Source of the DNA: Candidatus Methylomirabilota bacterium
Lineage (GTDB): Bacteria; Methylomirabilota; Methylomirabilia; Rokubacteriales; CSP1-6
DNA length: 64,000 bases
Assembly (NCBI GenBank): GCA_046726415.1
Contig: JBKPAK010000008.1
Coordinates: 32,001 to 96,000 of the forward strand
Direction: 5' to 3'
Below are positions 29,347-39,950 of this stretch, in pieces. A program made the translations under genes and the position numbers. Positions within the stretch are counted from its first letter, which is position 1. Every line of letters begins with the position of its first letter. The notes under the pieces were generated by a model, which saw nothing but the letters and a program-made list of their open reading frames with translations, searched no databases and was not told where the DNA came from.

Positions 29347-30654
29347 CTAGTACCGGTTGGCGATGGGAAGCTCCTCGGCCGGGAAGAGCGTGATGATCAG
29401 CGCGCCACTGGGCGCCACGATAACTTCTTCCTCGATGCGGGCGGCCGAGGTGCCGTCGGTGGCCGGGCAGTAGGTCTCCACGGCGAACATCATGCCGGCC
29501 TCCAGCTCCATCGGATCGTCGAAGGAGTTCAGGCGGCTGATGATCGGCCGCTCGTGCAGGCCGAGCCCGATGCCGTGACAGAAGTTTAGCCCGAAGGCCG
29601 CCATCTCGCTCTCGAAGCCGATCTCCGGGGCCTTCGGGAAGGCGCGCGCGATCTTGTCCGTCGTGATCCCCGGCTTGATGAGGGCGATAGCTTCGTCCAT
29701 CCACTCACGGGCCTTCCGGTAGGCCGCCACCTGGGCGCGGGTGGCTCGGCCGACGTTGAAGGTGCGGTAGTAGCACGTCCGGTAGCCGACGTACGACATG
29801 ATGATGTCGAAGAAGGCCTGGTCGCCGGGCCGGATGAGGCGGTCGGTGAAGTTGTGGGGATGCGGGCTGCACCGCTCGCCGGAAATCGCGTTGATGGCCT
29901 CCACGCAGTCCGAGCCCATCTCGTAGAGGCGCTTGGTGGCCAGCGCCACGATCTCGTTCTCGCGCACACCTGGCTTCAGCGCCTCGAAGATGTCCTGGTA
30001 GGCGCCGTCCACCATGGCCGCCGCCATGTTGAGCAACATCAGCTCGTCCTGGCTCTTGATCATTCTCGCTTCCAGCATGACCTGCTGACCATCGCGGACC
30101 TCGACCCCCGCCTCTTGCAGGGCGAAGAGGAATGGCGGCTCCACGAGGTCGATGCCCAGCGGCATGCTCCCCACACCCTCCGCGCGCAAGATGTCACGGA
30201 TCTCCTGAGCCGCCTTCTTGAAGAGTCCGGCCTTCGGTGAGACGGCCCCGCGCATGCCCACCATGCCGGCGAGCGACTGCCGCTCGGGGATCCACGGCGC
30301 GTACAGGCGATGATGGCGGGCGGCGGAGCCGAAGTCCCACACCCAGGGCTCGCCGTTGCCGGTGAGCAAGGACCAGCGCGTGAGCTTGTCGCGCGCCCAC
30401 TCTCCGATGACGGTTCCCGAGAGATAGCGGATGTTGTGCTGGTCGAAGACGAGCACGGCGCCCAGCCCCGACCTGGCCAGCGCCTGCCGCGCGCGACCGA
30501 GGCGATAAGCGTGCAGGCGGCGGAAGTCCACGCGCTCCTCGAAGTCCACCTGCATGTGGCCCGGCGCCTGGAGCGGCCGCTCCCAGCGGTGGCGTGGGCT
30601 CACCTCATCGGATGTCAGGGGCCGGGGCGGCGTTGCCTCCTGCCGTCGAGCCAT
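29347..30654 (-). CDS. M24 family (Xaa-Pro peptidase/creatinase-like) protein
   Basis: ARMIKSQDEL, KPGVRENE, CHGIGLGLHERP, FAVETY, RIEEEV; AGGAGG SD. Confidence 0.9.
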   Translation of the reverse strand: MARRQEATPPRPLTSDEVSPRHRWERPLQAPGHMQVDFEERVDFRRLHAYRLGRARQALARSGLGAVLVFDQHNIRYLSGTVIGEWARDKLTRWSLLTGNGEPWVWDFGSAARHHRLYAPWIPERQSLAGMVGMRGAVSPKAGLFKKAAQEIRDILRAEGVGSMPLGIDLVEPPFLFALQEAGVEVRDGQQVMLEARMIKSQDELMLLNMAAAMVDGAYQDIFEALKPGVRENEIVALATKRLYEMGSDCVEAINAISGERCSPHPHNFTDRLIRPGDQAFFDIIMSYVGYRTCYYRTFNVGRATRAQVAAYRKAREWMDEAIALIKPGITTDKIARAFPKAPEIGFESEMAAFGLNFCHGIGLGLHERPIISRLNSFDDPMELEAGMMFAVETYCPATDGTSAARIEEEVIVAPSGALIITLFPAEELPIANRY

Positions 30655-30865
30655 CGCTGCCTCCTGGGCGGGAGATTCGTCCGCTACTGTACTGCAAGTC
30701 GCCGGGACTCGCCCTCCGGGCGCGCCCCATCGGCGGGGGGTGAAGATTCCCGACTCTGCATGGGCCGGCGGCAGCGAGGCGGGCACGACCCGGGTACACC
30801 GCGTACACTAATGCGGTCGGGCGCTCGGCGGGCGCCCCGATCACTCCAACGGCAGGGGGAACAAC

Positions 30866-31624
30866 GTGTTCGATCTCAAGGGCAAGGTGGCGGTGGTGAC
30901 GGGCGGCAATGGCGGGATTGGGCTCGGCATGGCCCGCGGTCTCGCCTCGGCGGGCGCCCAGGTGGTCGTGGTCGGGCGCAACGAGGCAAAGTCGCGCGAC
31001 GCCGTGAAGGATCTCGAGGGACGCGGGGGGCAGGCCTTCGCCCTGAGCCTGGACGTGAGCGACGAGGCCGCGGTGGCGCGCCTGGTCGGCGAGGTAGACC
31101 GGCGCTGCGGCCGGCTGGACGTCCTGGTCAACAACGCGGGGACCAATATCCGAAAGCCTCCGCACGAGGTCTCGCTGGCCGAGTGGAGCTTCGTCCTCAA
31201 TACGAACCTCACCAGTGCCTTCCTGTGCTCGAAGGCCGCCTATCCCGTGATGAAGCGAGCGGGCGGCGGAAAGATCATCAACATCGGCTCCATGATGTCG
31301 ATCTTCGGGGCCTCCTTCGCCCCGGCTTACTCGGCCAGCAAAGGCGGCATCGTCCAGCTCACCAAGTCCATGGCGGTGGCGTGGGCCAAGGACAACATCC
31401 AGGTGAATGCGGTCCTGCCGGGCTGGATCGATACCGAGCTGACGCGGAAGGCGCGGGCCGAGGTCCCCGGGCTCAACGAGAACGTCCTGCGGCGCACCCC
31501 AGTGGGGCGGTGGGGCACGTGGGACGACTGCGCGGGGATCGCCGTGTTCCTCGCGGCGCCTGCTTCGGACTTCGTCACGGGCACGGCCATCCCGCTCGAC
31601 GGGGGTTTCTCGATCCAAGGCTGA
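30866..31624 (+). CDS. SDR, KduD/gluconate 5-dehydrogenase-like
   Basis: MFDLKGKVAVVTGGNGGIG, GGGKIINIGS, YSASKGG. Confidence 0.9.
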   Translation: MFDLKGKVAVVTGGNGGIGLGMARGLASAGAQVVVVGRNEAKSRDAVKDLEGRGGQAFALSLDVSDEAAVARLVGEVDRRCGRLDVLVNNAGTNIRKPPHEVSLAEWSFVLNTNLTSAFLCSKAAYPVMKRAGGGKIINIGSMMSIFGASFAPAYSASKGGIVQLTKSMAVAWAKDNIQVNAVLPGWIDTELTRKARAEVPGLNENVLRRTPVGRWGTWDDCAGIAVFLAAPASDFVTGTAIPLDGGFSIQG

Positions 31625-31628
31625 TGGC

Positions 31629-33212
31629 ATGCGGGCGCTTGTCACCGACGCCATCGCCGAGGAGGGACTGGCATACCTTCGCGACCACGGCGTCGAAGTC
31701 GACCAGCTTCTGAAGGCGCCGCTCGGCACCCTGTACCGGCGCCTGGCCGACTACGACGCGCTCATCACGCGCTCCGGCACGACGGTGACGGCCGACCTGC
31801 TCGACCACGCCCCGCGCCTGCGCTTCGTGGGGCGGGCCGGCGTGGGGGTGGACAATATCGACGTGGAGGCGTGCTCGCGACGTGGCATTGTCGTCGCCAA
31901 CGCGCCGTATGGCAACGTCGTCTCCGCGGCCGAGCACACCCTGGCCATGCTCCTCGCGCTCGTCCGGCGCATCCCCGAGGCGCACGCGCACCTCAAGCGG
32001 CTCGACTGGAACCGCGGCCTCTACGGGAGCGAGCTCTCGCGCAAGACCGTCGGCGTGGTGGGGCTGGGCAAGGTCGGCTCGCGGGTGGCCGCGCGGCTGC
32101 GCGCCTTCGAAACGACGGTGCTCGTCTACGACCCGTACATTCCCGAGTCCCGAGCCCGCGAGGTGGGAGCCCAGCTGAGCGACTTCGAGACGTTGCTGCG
32201 CGAGTCTGACATCATCACCTTCCACGTGCCCCTCACGCCGGAGACGGAAGATATGGTGGCGGCCGCGGAGCTGGCTCGCACCAAGCCGGGGATACGGCTG
32301 GTGAACTGCGCGCGCGGGGGCATCATCAACGAACGCGATCTGCTGGCGGCGCTCGAGTCGGGACATGTGGCCGGGGCCGCCATCGACGTGTGGAGCGAGG
32401 AGCCTCCCGCCCACCCTCCAGTCACCGCGCTGATCCAGCATCCGCGCGTGGTGGTCACGCCTCACCTGGGGGCGAACTCCACGGAGGCGCAGGTCAACGT
32501 GGCCGTGGACGTCGCGCGCCAGCTCGTGGCTTTTCGCGATGGCGAGTTGGTGGAGTACGCCGTGAACATCCCGGTAGGAGAGCCGGCCCTGGTGAGCGAG
32601 CTGCGTCCCTTCGTGGCCCTCGCCGAGCGCCTGGGGCGATTCATCGTGCAGCTCGATCCCGAGAACGTGGCCAGCGTGGAGGTCACGGTGGCCGGGGTAC
32701 TGGCCGACCGCGATCCCGAGATCCTGGCCCGCGCGGTGCTCGCCGGCCTGCTCGATCCCGTCACCGCGGAGCGGGTAAATCTCGTGAATGCGCGCCTGGT
32801 GGCCGCGGAGCGGGGCATCCACGTCAGCGTGTCCAAGGAAGAGGAAACGTCCGGCTACAAAAGCCTCCTCACCGTGGCCATCGAGGCGCGTGGGGGGCGC
32901 AAGGTGCTGGCGGGCACCGTCTTCGATGGCCAGCCGCGCATCGTCCGCATGCGCGACCTCAAGATCGAGTTCACGCCCGAGGGCTACATCCTGGTCCTTT
33001 CCTACGAGGACCGGCCGGGCGTGGTGGGTGCGATCGGAACGCTGCTGGGCCGGCGGAACATCAACATCGCGGCCATGCATGTGGGACGCCGGGTCCGGCG
33101 GGGACGGGCCATCGTCGTTCTCATCCTCGACGAGGACCTGAGCCAGGAGCTGCTCGACGAGGTGACCGCTACCATCGGTGCGGACTTCGCCCGCCTGATC
33201 CGATTGCCGTGA
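31629..33212 (+). CDS. serA: D-3-phosphoglycerate dehydrogenase (long form with ASB and ACT domains)
   Basis: GRAGVGVDNID, AAEHT, GLGKVG, NCARGG, TPHLGA; C-terminal DRPGVVG ACT domain. Confidence 0.93.
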   Translation: MRALVTDAIAEEGLAYLRDHGVEVDQLLKAPLGTLYRRLADYDALITRSGTTVTADLLDHAPRLRFVGRAGVGVDNIDVEACSRRGIVVANAPYGNVVSAAEHTLAMLLALVRRIPEAHAHLKRLDWNRGLYGSELSRKTVGVVGLGKVGSRVAARLRAFETTVLVYDPYIPESRAREVGAQLSDFETLLRESDIITFHVPLTPETEDMVAAAELARTKPGIRLVNCARGGIINERDLLAALESGHVAGAAIDVWSEEPPAHPPVTALIQHPRVVVTPHLGANSTEAQVNVAVDVARQLVAFRDGELVEYAVNIPVGEPALVSELRPFVALAERLGRFIVQLDPENVASVEVTVAGVLADRDPEILARAVLAGLLDPVTAERVNLVNARLVAAERGIHVSVSKEEETSGYKSLLTVAIEARGGRKVLAGTVFDGQPRIVRMRDLKIEFTPEGYILVLSYEDRPGVVGAIGTLLGRRNINIAAMHVGRRVRRGRAIVVLILDEDLSQELLDEVTATIGADFARLIRLP

Positions 33213-33215
33213 AAC

Positions 33216-33277
33216 ATGGGAGGCCTCGACATCCCCGCAAGCCCCGGGGGCCTCGGTCCCCGCCGGGGCCGGCGCGC
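33216..33277 (+). repeat. Degenerate REP-like palindromic element
   Basis: ATGGGAGGCCTCGACATCCCCGCAAGCCCCGG... 3 nt after the serA stop, between convergent genes. Confidence 0.45.
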
Positions 33278-33314
33278 GACAACCGTCAGACGCCGACGCG
33301 ATTCCCCACGACCG

Positions 33315-34385
33315 TCACGCTCGGGCGCCGAGTCGATTCTCGACGAAGCGCTTGGCGTCGAACTCTTCGGCGACGCGGTTGTCCTTCTCCAGCAGGGCCT
33401 CGGCATCGACCTCCGCGAAGTCCAGCACCCCCATGTCGGCATAGGCCTTGCGCACGCGAGAGCCCCACAGCCCGATGTCCTTCACGGTGGGGACGATTCG
33501 GGTGAAGAGCCGCGTCCGGAACTGGCGCATCTGGTCAGACTGGAGCGTGACCCGGACGCATTCCTCGACGGGCAGGCCGAGGTTGTCCCACACCTCGCGC
33601 TGGTTGAAGCGGTCGCGCATATGATGGCAGGCGTCGACGACGAATTCCTCGCGCTCGTCGCGCTCGGCTTCGGTGAGCCGGGGGTAGTAGTCGCGCAGGG
33701 CCAGCCGGCCGAAGGCCACGTGGCGCGCCTCATCCTGCATCACGTAGGCGTTGACGGCCGCGGCCAGCGGGTTCTTGGCCGTGTCCCGAATGCGCTGGAA
33801 GGCGGCCAGGGCCAGCCCCTCGATGAGAATCTGCATGCCGAGGTAGGTCATGTCCCAGCGCCGGTCGGTGAGGGTGTTTTCCAGCAGCGCCTTGAGGCCG
33901 GGCGTGATCGGGTAGACGATCTCGAACTTCTGGTGGAGCAAGCGCGCGTAGGCTTCAACGTGCCGGGCCTCGTCCATCACCTGGGTGGCGGCGTAGAACT
34001 TCGACTCGGTGTCCGGCACGGTCTGGACGATCTTTGCCGTCGCGATGAGGGCGCCCTGCTCGCCGTGCATGAACTGGGAGATGGACTGGGCCTGTAGATG
34101 GTGGCGGACGCAGCCCCTTTCCTTGTCGGTGAGCCGGTTCCAGATATCCGAGCCGTGGATCTGCACGGTCCGGTCGTCCAGCCCCATCGGGTTCTCGGGG
34201 TCCAGAGCGACCGACCAGTCGATGCGCTCGGCCGCGTCCCACTGTTGCTTCTTTCCCTTGTCGTACAGGCTCAGCAGCTTGTCACGGCCGTCCTCGTATT
34301 CCCAGGAGAAGCGGGTGTCGGTCGTGCCCTCCACCGTCCACCCTGTCTGCTCGACGGGAACCGTATAGCGAAATCTCGTGGCCAT
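33315..34385 (-). CDS. Ferritin-like diiron protein (AurF-like)
   Basis: [34 protein letters not shown] (paired ExxH motifs). Confidence 0.85.
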   Translation of the reverse strand: MATRFRYTVPVEQTGWTVEGTTDTRFSWEYEDGRDKLLSLYDKGKKQQWDAAERIDWSVALDPENPMGLDDRTVQIHGSDIWNRLTDKERGCVRHHLQAQSISQFMHGEQGALIATAKIVQTVPDTESKFYAATQVMDEARHVEAYARLLHQKFEIVYPITPGLKALLENTLTDRRWDMTYLGMQILIEGLALAAFQRIRDTAKNPLAAAVNAYVMQDEARHVAFGRLALRDYYPRLTEAERDEREEFVVDACHHMRDRFNQREVWDNLGLPVEECVRVTLQSDQMRQFRTRLFTRIVPTVKDIGLWGSRVRKAYADMGVLDFAEVDAEALLEKDNRVAEEFDAKRFVENRLGARA

Positions 34386-34518
34386 CCAACACCTCCCGGG
34401 CCCACCGTACCAGAACTGGGGGTCCCATCGTCGAACTTCCCCCGGAGTGGTGGCCGTTGGGCGGCCGTCAGAGCTTCTCGCCGTCAGGCCTGGCCACGCC
34501 GGCTATACTGAGCTGACC

Positions 34519-35865
34519 GTGAGCTACAACGCATGGTTCCAGTGCATCAACGGCTGCCCGGGCCAGTACAGCCTCCTGGAGGTCATCTATCGCTGCCCCA
34601 CCTGCGGGGACCTGCTGGAGGTTCAGCACGATACCGACGCCCTGCGGAGCCGCTCGGCCGCCGCGTGGATGCAGCTCTTCGATGACCGCTACCGCCGCAA
34701 CACCTATCCCTACGGCTCCGGCGTGTGGGGCAAGAAGGAGTGGGTGGTGCCCTTCATCGACAACGAGAGCATCGTGTCGATGTACGAGGGCAACTCGAAT
34801 CTGCTCTGGGCCGACCGATACGGCAAGCAGCTCCACGTCGAGGACCTGTGGGTCAAACAGTGCGGCAACTCACACACCGGCTCGTTCAAGGATCTCGGCA
34901 TGACCGTGCTGGTGTCGATCGTCAAGCAGATGAAGGGGGACGGCGTCCCCATCGACGCGGTGGCCTGCGCGTCGACCGGCGACACCTCGGCCGCGCTCGG
35001 GGCGTACTGCGCGGCGGCGGCGATCCCGGCGGTGGTGCTGCTGCCGCGAAACAAGATCTCGATCGCCCAGCTCGTCCAGCCGCTGGCCAACGGCGCCCTG
35101 GTACTCTCGCTCGACACCGACTTCGATGGATGCATGGCGGTGGTGCAGAAGATCACCCGGGACCGTCGCATCTACCTGGCCAACTCCATGAACAGCCTGC
35201 GCATCGAGGGTCAGAAGACGGTGGCCATCGAGATCGTGCAGCAGTTCGACTGGGAAGTGCCCGATTGGATCGTCATCCCTGGGGGCAATCTCGGCAACGT
35301 GCACGCCCTCGGCCAGGGGTTCACCATGATGCGCGAGCTCGGGCTCATCCAGCGCCTCCCGCGCATCTGTCTGGCTCAAGCCGAGCGGGCCAACCCGCTC
35401 TACCGCTCCTATCTCGAGGAGTTCAAGCGCTTCGAACCCATCGAGGCCCAGTCCACCCTGGCCACGGCGGTTCAGATCGGCAATCCGGTGTCAGTCAAGC
35501 GCGCCATCCGCACGCTGCAGCGCTTCAACGGCGTGGTGGAGCAGGCGACGGAGCAGGAGCTGGCCGACGAGGCGGCCCGCGCCGACCGCACGGGGATGTT
35601 CAACTGCCCGCACACTGGGGTGGCGCTGGCCGCCCTGCGCAAACTCGTCGAACGCAAGATCGTCCGTTCGCACGAGCGGGTGGTGGTGATCTCGACCGCG
35701 AACGGGCTCAAGTTCGCCGATCAGAAGGCGGCCTATCACATGGGTGCCCTCGAGGGAATCCGGCCGTCACAGCGCAACACGCCAGTGGAACTGCCCCCCG
35801 ATCCGACGCAGGTAACCCGGGCCATCGCCCGCCACGTCGAGAAGGCGCGCCTGCTCGTGTCATGA
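34519..35865 (+). CDS. thrC: Threonine synthase, plant-type
   Basis: [13 protein letters not shown] lysine, [25 protein letters not shown]-terminal [13 protein letters not shown]. Confidence 0.93.
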   Translation: MSYNAWFQCINGCPGQYSLLEVIYRCPTCGDLLEVQHDTDALRSRSAAAWMQLFDDRYRRNTYPYGSGVWGKKEWVVPFIDNESIVSMYEGNSNLLWADRYGKQLHVEDLWVKQCGNSHTGSFKDLGMTVLVSIVKQMKGDGVPIDAVACASTGDTSAALGAYCAAAAIPAVVLLPRNKISIAQLVQPLANGALVLSLDTDFDGCMAVVQKITRDRRIYLANSMNSLRIEGQKTVAIEIVQQFDWEVPDWIVIPGGNLGNVHALGQGFTMMRELGLIQRLPRICLAQAERANPLYRSYLEEFKRFEPIEAQSTLATAVQIGNPVSVKRAIRTLQRFNGVVEQATEQELADEAARADRTGMFNCPHTGVALAALRKLVERKIVRSHERVVVISTANGLKFADQKAAYHMGALEGIRPSQRNTPVELPPDPTQVTRAIARHVEKARLLVS

Positions 35866-37088
35866 CGTCCCGGCGATCGAGCCCAGGCGACCCGGTGACC
35901 CCCCCGCACAAGCCGCAGGGGCCGAGCACCATGGCCGTTCACGCAGGCGAGCCGCGGCCCAAGGCCGGTCACTCGCTGGCCACACCCATCATGCAGACGG
36001 CCACCTTTACGTTCGCGAATTCTCAGGAAATCCGGGATCACTTCGACGGGAAGATCGACCGCGTCGAGTACGGGCGCTACGGCAATCCCACCCAGCGCAT
36101 CGCCGAGGCCAAGCTCGCGGCCCTGGAGGGGGCGGAGGACTGCCTGCTTTTCTCGAGCGGCATGGCCGCGGTGACGACGGCCCTCTTCGCCATGCTCTCG
36201 CGGGGCACGCACGTGGTGGTCACCGACGACAGCTATCGCCGCACGCGCCAGTTCCTCAACCAGACGCTGCACCGCTACGGCATCGAGGTCTCGACCGTGC
36301 CCCCCGGGGACTACGAGGCGCTCGAGGACGCCATTCGCCCGACCACTCGGGTGCTGGTGAGCGAGTCGCCGACCAACCCGTACAACCGCATCGTCGACCT
36401 CGAGCGCTTCGCCGCCGTCGGCCGGCGCCACCGGGTGAAGACCCTCATCGATGCGACCTTCGCGACGCCGTACAACCAGCGGCCCCTCGAGTGGGGGGTG
36501 GACGTGGTCATCCATTCGGCCACCAAGTACCTCGGGGGACACAACGATCTTCTCGCTGGCGCGGCGCTCGGCTCCCGCGACGTCGTGGATGCTCTTCGAG
36601 GGCTCCAGGGCGTCACCGGCGCGGTCGTCGATCCGTTCGTGGCCTACCTACTCGTGCGAGGGCTCAAGACTTTCGCGCTCCGCATTGAGCGGCAGAACGC
36701 CAACGCGCAGGCCCTGGCCGAGTTCCTGGCCGGGCACCCGCGGGTGGTCGCGGTCCACTACGCTGGGCTGCCGAGCCACCCCGAACACGACATCGCCCGC
36801 CGGCAAATGCGCGGCTTCGGCGGCGTGGTATCGTTCGAGGTGCGCGGTGACCTCGATGCGGCCTCGCGCGTGGTCGACGCCTGCGGCATTCCCTACATCG
36901 CCGTCTCGCTGGGCGGCGTCGAAAGCCTCATCGAGCAGCCGGCCCTCATGAGCTTCTACGAACTGACCACGGAGGAGCGGCTGCAGATCGGCATCAAGGA
37001 CACGCTCATCCGATATTCGGTCGGCATCGAAGACATCGACGACCTGATCGCGGACCTCGGACAGGCGCTGGACCGCGCGGACGCCTGA
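35862..37088 (+). CDS. metB: Cystathionine gamma-synthase, plant-like (Cys/Met PLP family)
   Basis: [62 protein letters not shown] overlap with thrC. Confidence 0.85.
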   Translation: MTSRRSSPGDPVTPPHKPQGPSTMAVHAGEPRPKAGHSLATPIMQTATFTFANSQEIRDHFDGKIDRVEYGRYGNPTQRIAEAKLAALEGAEDCLLFSSGMAAVTTALFAMLSRGTHVVVTDDSYRRTRQFLNQTLHRYGIEVSTVPPGDYEALEDAIRPTTRVLVSESPTNPYNRIVDLERFAAVGRRHRVKTLIDATFATPYNQRPLEWGVDVVIHSATKYLGGHNDLLAGAALGSRDVVDALRGLQGVTGAVVDPFVAYLLVRGLKTFALRIERQNANAQALAEFLAGHPRVVAVHYAGLPSHPEHDIARRQMRGFGGVVSFEVRGDLDAASRVVDACGIPYIAVSLGGVESLIEQPALMSFYELTTEERLQIGIKDTLIRYSVGIEDIDDLIADLGQALDRADA

Positions 37089-37102
37089 CGGGGGGCGGTT
37101 AC

Positions 37103-37729
37103 GTGAGCGAGCGCGCGCCAATGAACCCACTTCGCGAGGAGACGGTCGCCCCTCGGGCGCACTTCGCCGCTGAGCTGCGCGCCGGTCAGGTGCTTCGTAT
37201 TGTCGACATCGAGGGCCAGCAGGTGGCTGACCTCGTCTGCTTCGCCCTGGCCGATCTGGCCGAGCGGCTCTCGATCGTCAACACGATCAGTCTCAACCGG
37301 CAGGTCTATCCGCGCGTGGGCACGGTCCTGTGGTCCGAGCAGGCCCGGCCGATGCTGACCATCATCGCCGACACGTGTGGCGTCCACGATTTCCTGGCCG
37401 GTGCCTGCAGCCGATTCATGAACGAACGCCGCTACGGCGTGAAGGACACCCGCAACTGCCGCGATAACCTGGCCGAGGCCGTCAAGCCGTGGGGCATCGC
37501 GGGCAAGGATGTCCCGTTCAATATGAACGTCTTCATGAATTGCCCGATTGGTCCCGATGGGACCTGGTCCATCCAGGTGCCCCGGAGCAAGGCCGGCGAC
37601 GCCTTCGACCTCCGCGCCGAGATGGACGTCCTGGTGGCCTTCTCCAACTGCCCTCAGATCTACAACGCCTGCAACGCGTTCAGACTCAAGCCGCTGAAGG
37701 CACTCATCTACCAGTACAGCCCTTCCTGA
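37103..37729 (+). CDS. DUF1989 / urea carboxylase-associated family protein
   Basis: GQVLRIVDIEGQQVADL, HDFLAGAC, NCRDNL, LRAEMDVLVAFSNCPQ. Confidence 0.88.
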   Translation: MSERAPMNPLREETVAPRAHFAAELRAGQVLRIVDIEGQQVADLVCFALADLAERLSIVNTISLNRQVYPRVGTVLWSEQARPMLTIIADTCGVHDFLAGACSRFMNERRYGVKDTRNCRDNLAEAVKPWGIAGKDVPFNMNVFMNCPIGPDGTWSIQVPRSKAGDAFDLRAEMDVLVAFSNCPQIYNACNAFRLKPLKALIYQYSPS

Positions 37730-37818
37730 GGGGCACGGCCGAGGCGGCCGCCCCACCGGTCACCCGGGACGGGCAATTTTCTTGGGAGCGGCGCGGGCTT
37801 CTTGCTAGGCTGCGAAGC

Positions 37819-38334
37819 ATGAAGACACCTCAGCGCACTGTCGCCGCGTTCGCTCTGCTCCTGTCCGCCGGGTGTGCGTCCTCGCAGGTGAAGCCGCCGT
37901 ACACCGCGTTCGAATCCATCCCGGTCCCGAAGGGGCTCGAGTACCGTCCCGATGACTCGACGATCATCGAGACGCCGGAAGTGAAGGCTGGCCGGGTGAT
38001 CTACCGGGGCCGGCTCGAGCCTGAGAGCCTCGCCCTTGGCCTGCGGTCGAATCTCGAGGCGGCCGGCTGGCGCATGGTGGGGAGCACCACCACCTCGCGC
38101 TACGGGACGACGCAAGTCTACGAGAAGGGCGGGACGTCGCTTCACGTGAGGATCTGGGAGGGCGGTCCCTTCTCCTGGTATACCTACGTGGAGCTGGCGG
38201 CCGTCGAGATGTCGCCTGGGCGGCCGGGCTCGAGCCAGGCGCCCGTTTCGAGGGCCGCGCCCGCCCCGACCGCGGCACCGATGCCCAGTGTGTCGGGGGT
38301 GCCGGTCGTGCCTGCCCCCGTCATTACGCGCTAG
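37819..38334 (+). CDS. Hypothetical lipoprotein
   Basis: Lipobox LSAGC after a hydrophobic stretch; Pro/Ala-rich tail. Confidence 0.7.
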   Translation: MKTPQRTVAAFALLLSAGCASSQVKPPYTAFESIPVPKGLEYRPDDSTIIETPEVKAGRVIYRGRLEPESLALGLRSNLEAAGWRMVGSTTTSRYGTTQVYEKGGTSLHVRIWEGGPFSWYTYVELAAVEMSPGRPGSSQAPVSRAAPAPTAAPMPSVSGVPVVPAPVITR

Positions 38335-38398
38335 GTCCCGGGGGTCCGACAGGAACGATCAGCCGATCTGGGGTGATTCCGGTCGCGTGAGACGGGAA

Positions 38399-39838
38399 TC
38401 ACAGCCTTGCGTCGAGCCGGCGTTGACGGTGGAGCGCGTCGCGATACCGCGCGTGGCGCGGGGGATCGGGCTCGATGGTCGTGCCCAAGGGAAGGTGCGC
38501 CGCGCGCAGGTCGGGCAGGCGACCCAGTGACTGAAGCGCCAGCAGCGCGCACCCGCGGCTGGTGGCCTCTTCCTCAGCGGATAACGCGAGGGGACGCCCG
38601 AGCGCATCAGCAATCATCTGCGCCCACGTCCGAGAGCGCAGCGCGCCACCTGAACCGATGATGGCGTGGCTCGGCCCCACGAGCGGGGCGAGGAGGCCAT
38701 AGACGAGGGCGAGGCGAAGGGCCACCGCCTCCAGCCCGGCCCGGACGAGTTCGATTGCCGTCGTGTCCAGCGAGAGCCCGGCAATCGCCGCCCTCCGTTC
38801 GCTTCGCCAACCCGGCGACCGCTCTCCGGCCAGGAAGGGAAGGACGGTGAGGCCGTGCGCGTCGGCCTCTTCGCGCCCCAGAGCCGCCTCCAGCTCGTCA
38901 TCGCCAGGAAGACGGAGCAGGCTCCGCAGCCACGCGTACACGTTGCCACCCTCAGAGGTGGCCCCGCCGACGAGGGCACGCATCCGATCGATGCGATAGC
39001 TCCAAAGGCCGCGGGGAGGGGCCAGGAAGTCCTCGGCCACGAAGCGCAGGGCTGCCGATGTCCCCAGGTTGAGCGCGATGCGGGTCCGGTCGATGCAGTC
39101 GGATCCAATGGTGCCGGTGGCCCCGTCGCCGATGGCGGGAAACCACATCGCGCGCGCCAGGGCGGGCCAGCGGCGCGCCCACGGCGATCGGAGACCCCGC
39201 CGCCCGGCATCGCGGTCGCGCAGGGCGAAGAGCTGACCCTCGTCGATCCCCGCGGCGGCCAGGGTCTCGGGGTCCCAGGTGAGCGCACGCTGGTCGAAAA
39301 GGCCGGTGGCTGAGGCCATCGAGATGCTGGTGGTTGCCTCTCCGAGAAAGGTCAGCTCCAGGTATTCGCCGATGGACCCCCAACGGGTCACGCGGCGAAT
39401 CGCCACTGGGCGGTCATGGGCCAGCCAGTGGAGCTTGGCGGGCCAGTAGCACGCATGAATGTGGCAGCCCGTACGCGCGTGGACCGGATCGTCCCCCAAG
39501 GCGTCGCGCAGCAGGGCTGCATCGCGAGCGGCCCGACTGTCAGCCCAGGTGAAGATGGGCGTGGCCGGTCGCCCTGCCGTGTCAAACCCCAGCAGGCCGT
39601 GCCAGAAAGACGTCACGCCGACAGCCAGGATCTCCGGTCGGTGGGGGCCAGCCAGCGCTCCATCGACACAGGCGATCACGGCGCGAAGCAGGCGGTCGGC
39701 ATCGTGCTCCACGCCACCGTCCGCCGTCGTGGTGGGGTGGTAGCGCTCCTGATGGGCATGACCCTCGATAGGCACCCCCCGTTCGCCGTAGATCCGGGCG
39801 CGTGCCGAGGAGGTACCGACGTCGAGGGTGAGGATCAC
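38399..39838 (-). CDS. gntK: FGGY family carbohydrate kinase (gluconokinase-like)
   Basis: LDVGTSSARA, TWADSRA, SMASATGL, PFLAGERSPGW, EATSRG. Confidence 0.85.
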   Translation of the reverse strand: MILTLDVGTSSARARIYGERGVPIEGHAHQERYHPTTTADGGVEHDADRLLRAVIACVDGALAGPHRPEILAVGVTSFWHGLLGFDTAGRPATPIFTWADSRAARDAALLRDALGDDPVHARTGCHIHACYWPAKLHWLAHDRPVAIRRVTRWGSIGEYLELTFLGEATTSISMASATGLFDQRALTWDPETLAAAGIDEGQLFALRDRDAGRRGLRSPWARRWPALARAMWFPAIGDGATGTIGSDCIDRTRIALNLGTSAALRFVAEDFLAPPRGLWSYRIDRMRALVGGATSEGGNVYAWLRSLLRLPGDDELEAALGREEADAHGLTVLPFLAGERSPGWRSERRAAIAGLSLDTTAIELVRAGLEAVALRLALVYGLLAPLVGPSHAIIGSGGALRSRTWAQMIADALGRPLALSAEEEATSRGCALLALQSLGRLPDLRAAHLPLGTTIEPDPPRHARYRDALHRQRRLDARL

Positions 39839-39950
39839 CGGGCCATCGTCGGGGAAGTTGCGCGTTAGGGCAAGAGTCGACCCATTCGGGGTGTGAGGTA
39901 AGATGGCGGCCAGAGCAGAGGCTCCGCCGGCCGCTGGACAAGGAGAAATC

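Noticed and set aside
37089-37120. Guanidine riboswitch upstream of the DUF1989 gene
   Set aside because: Only 14-32 nt separate it from metB, no riboswitch motif is visible, and there is no urea carboxylase or second DUF1989 gene nearby
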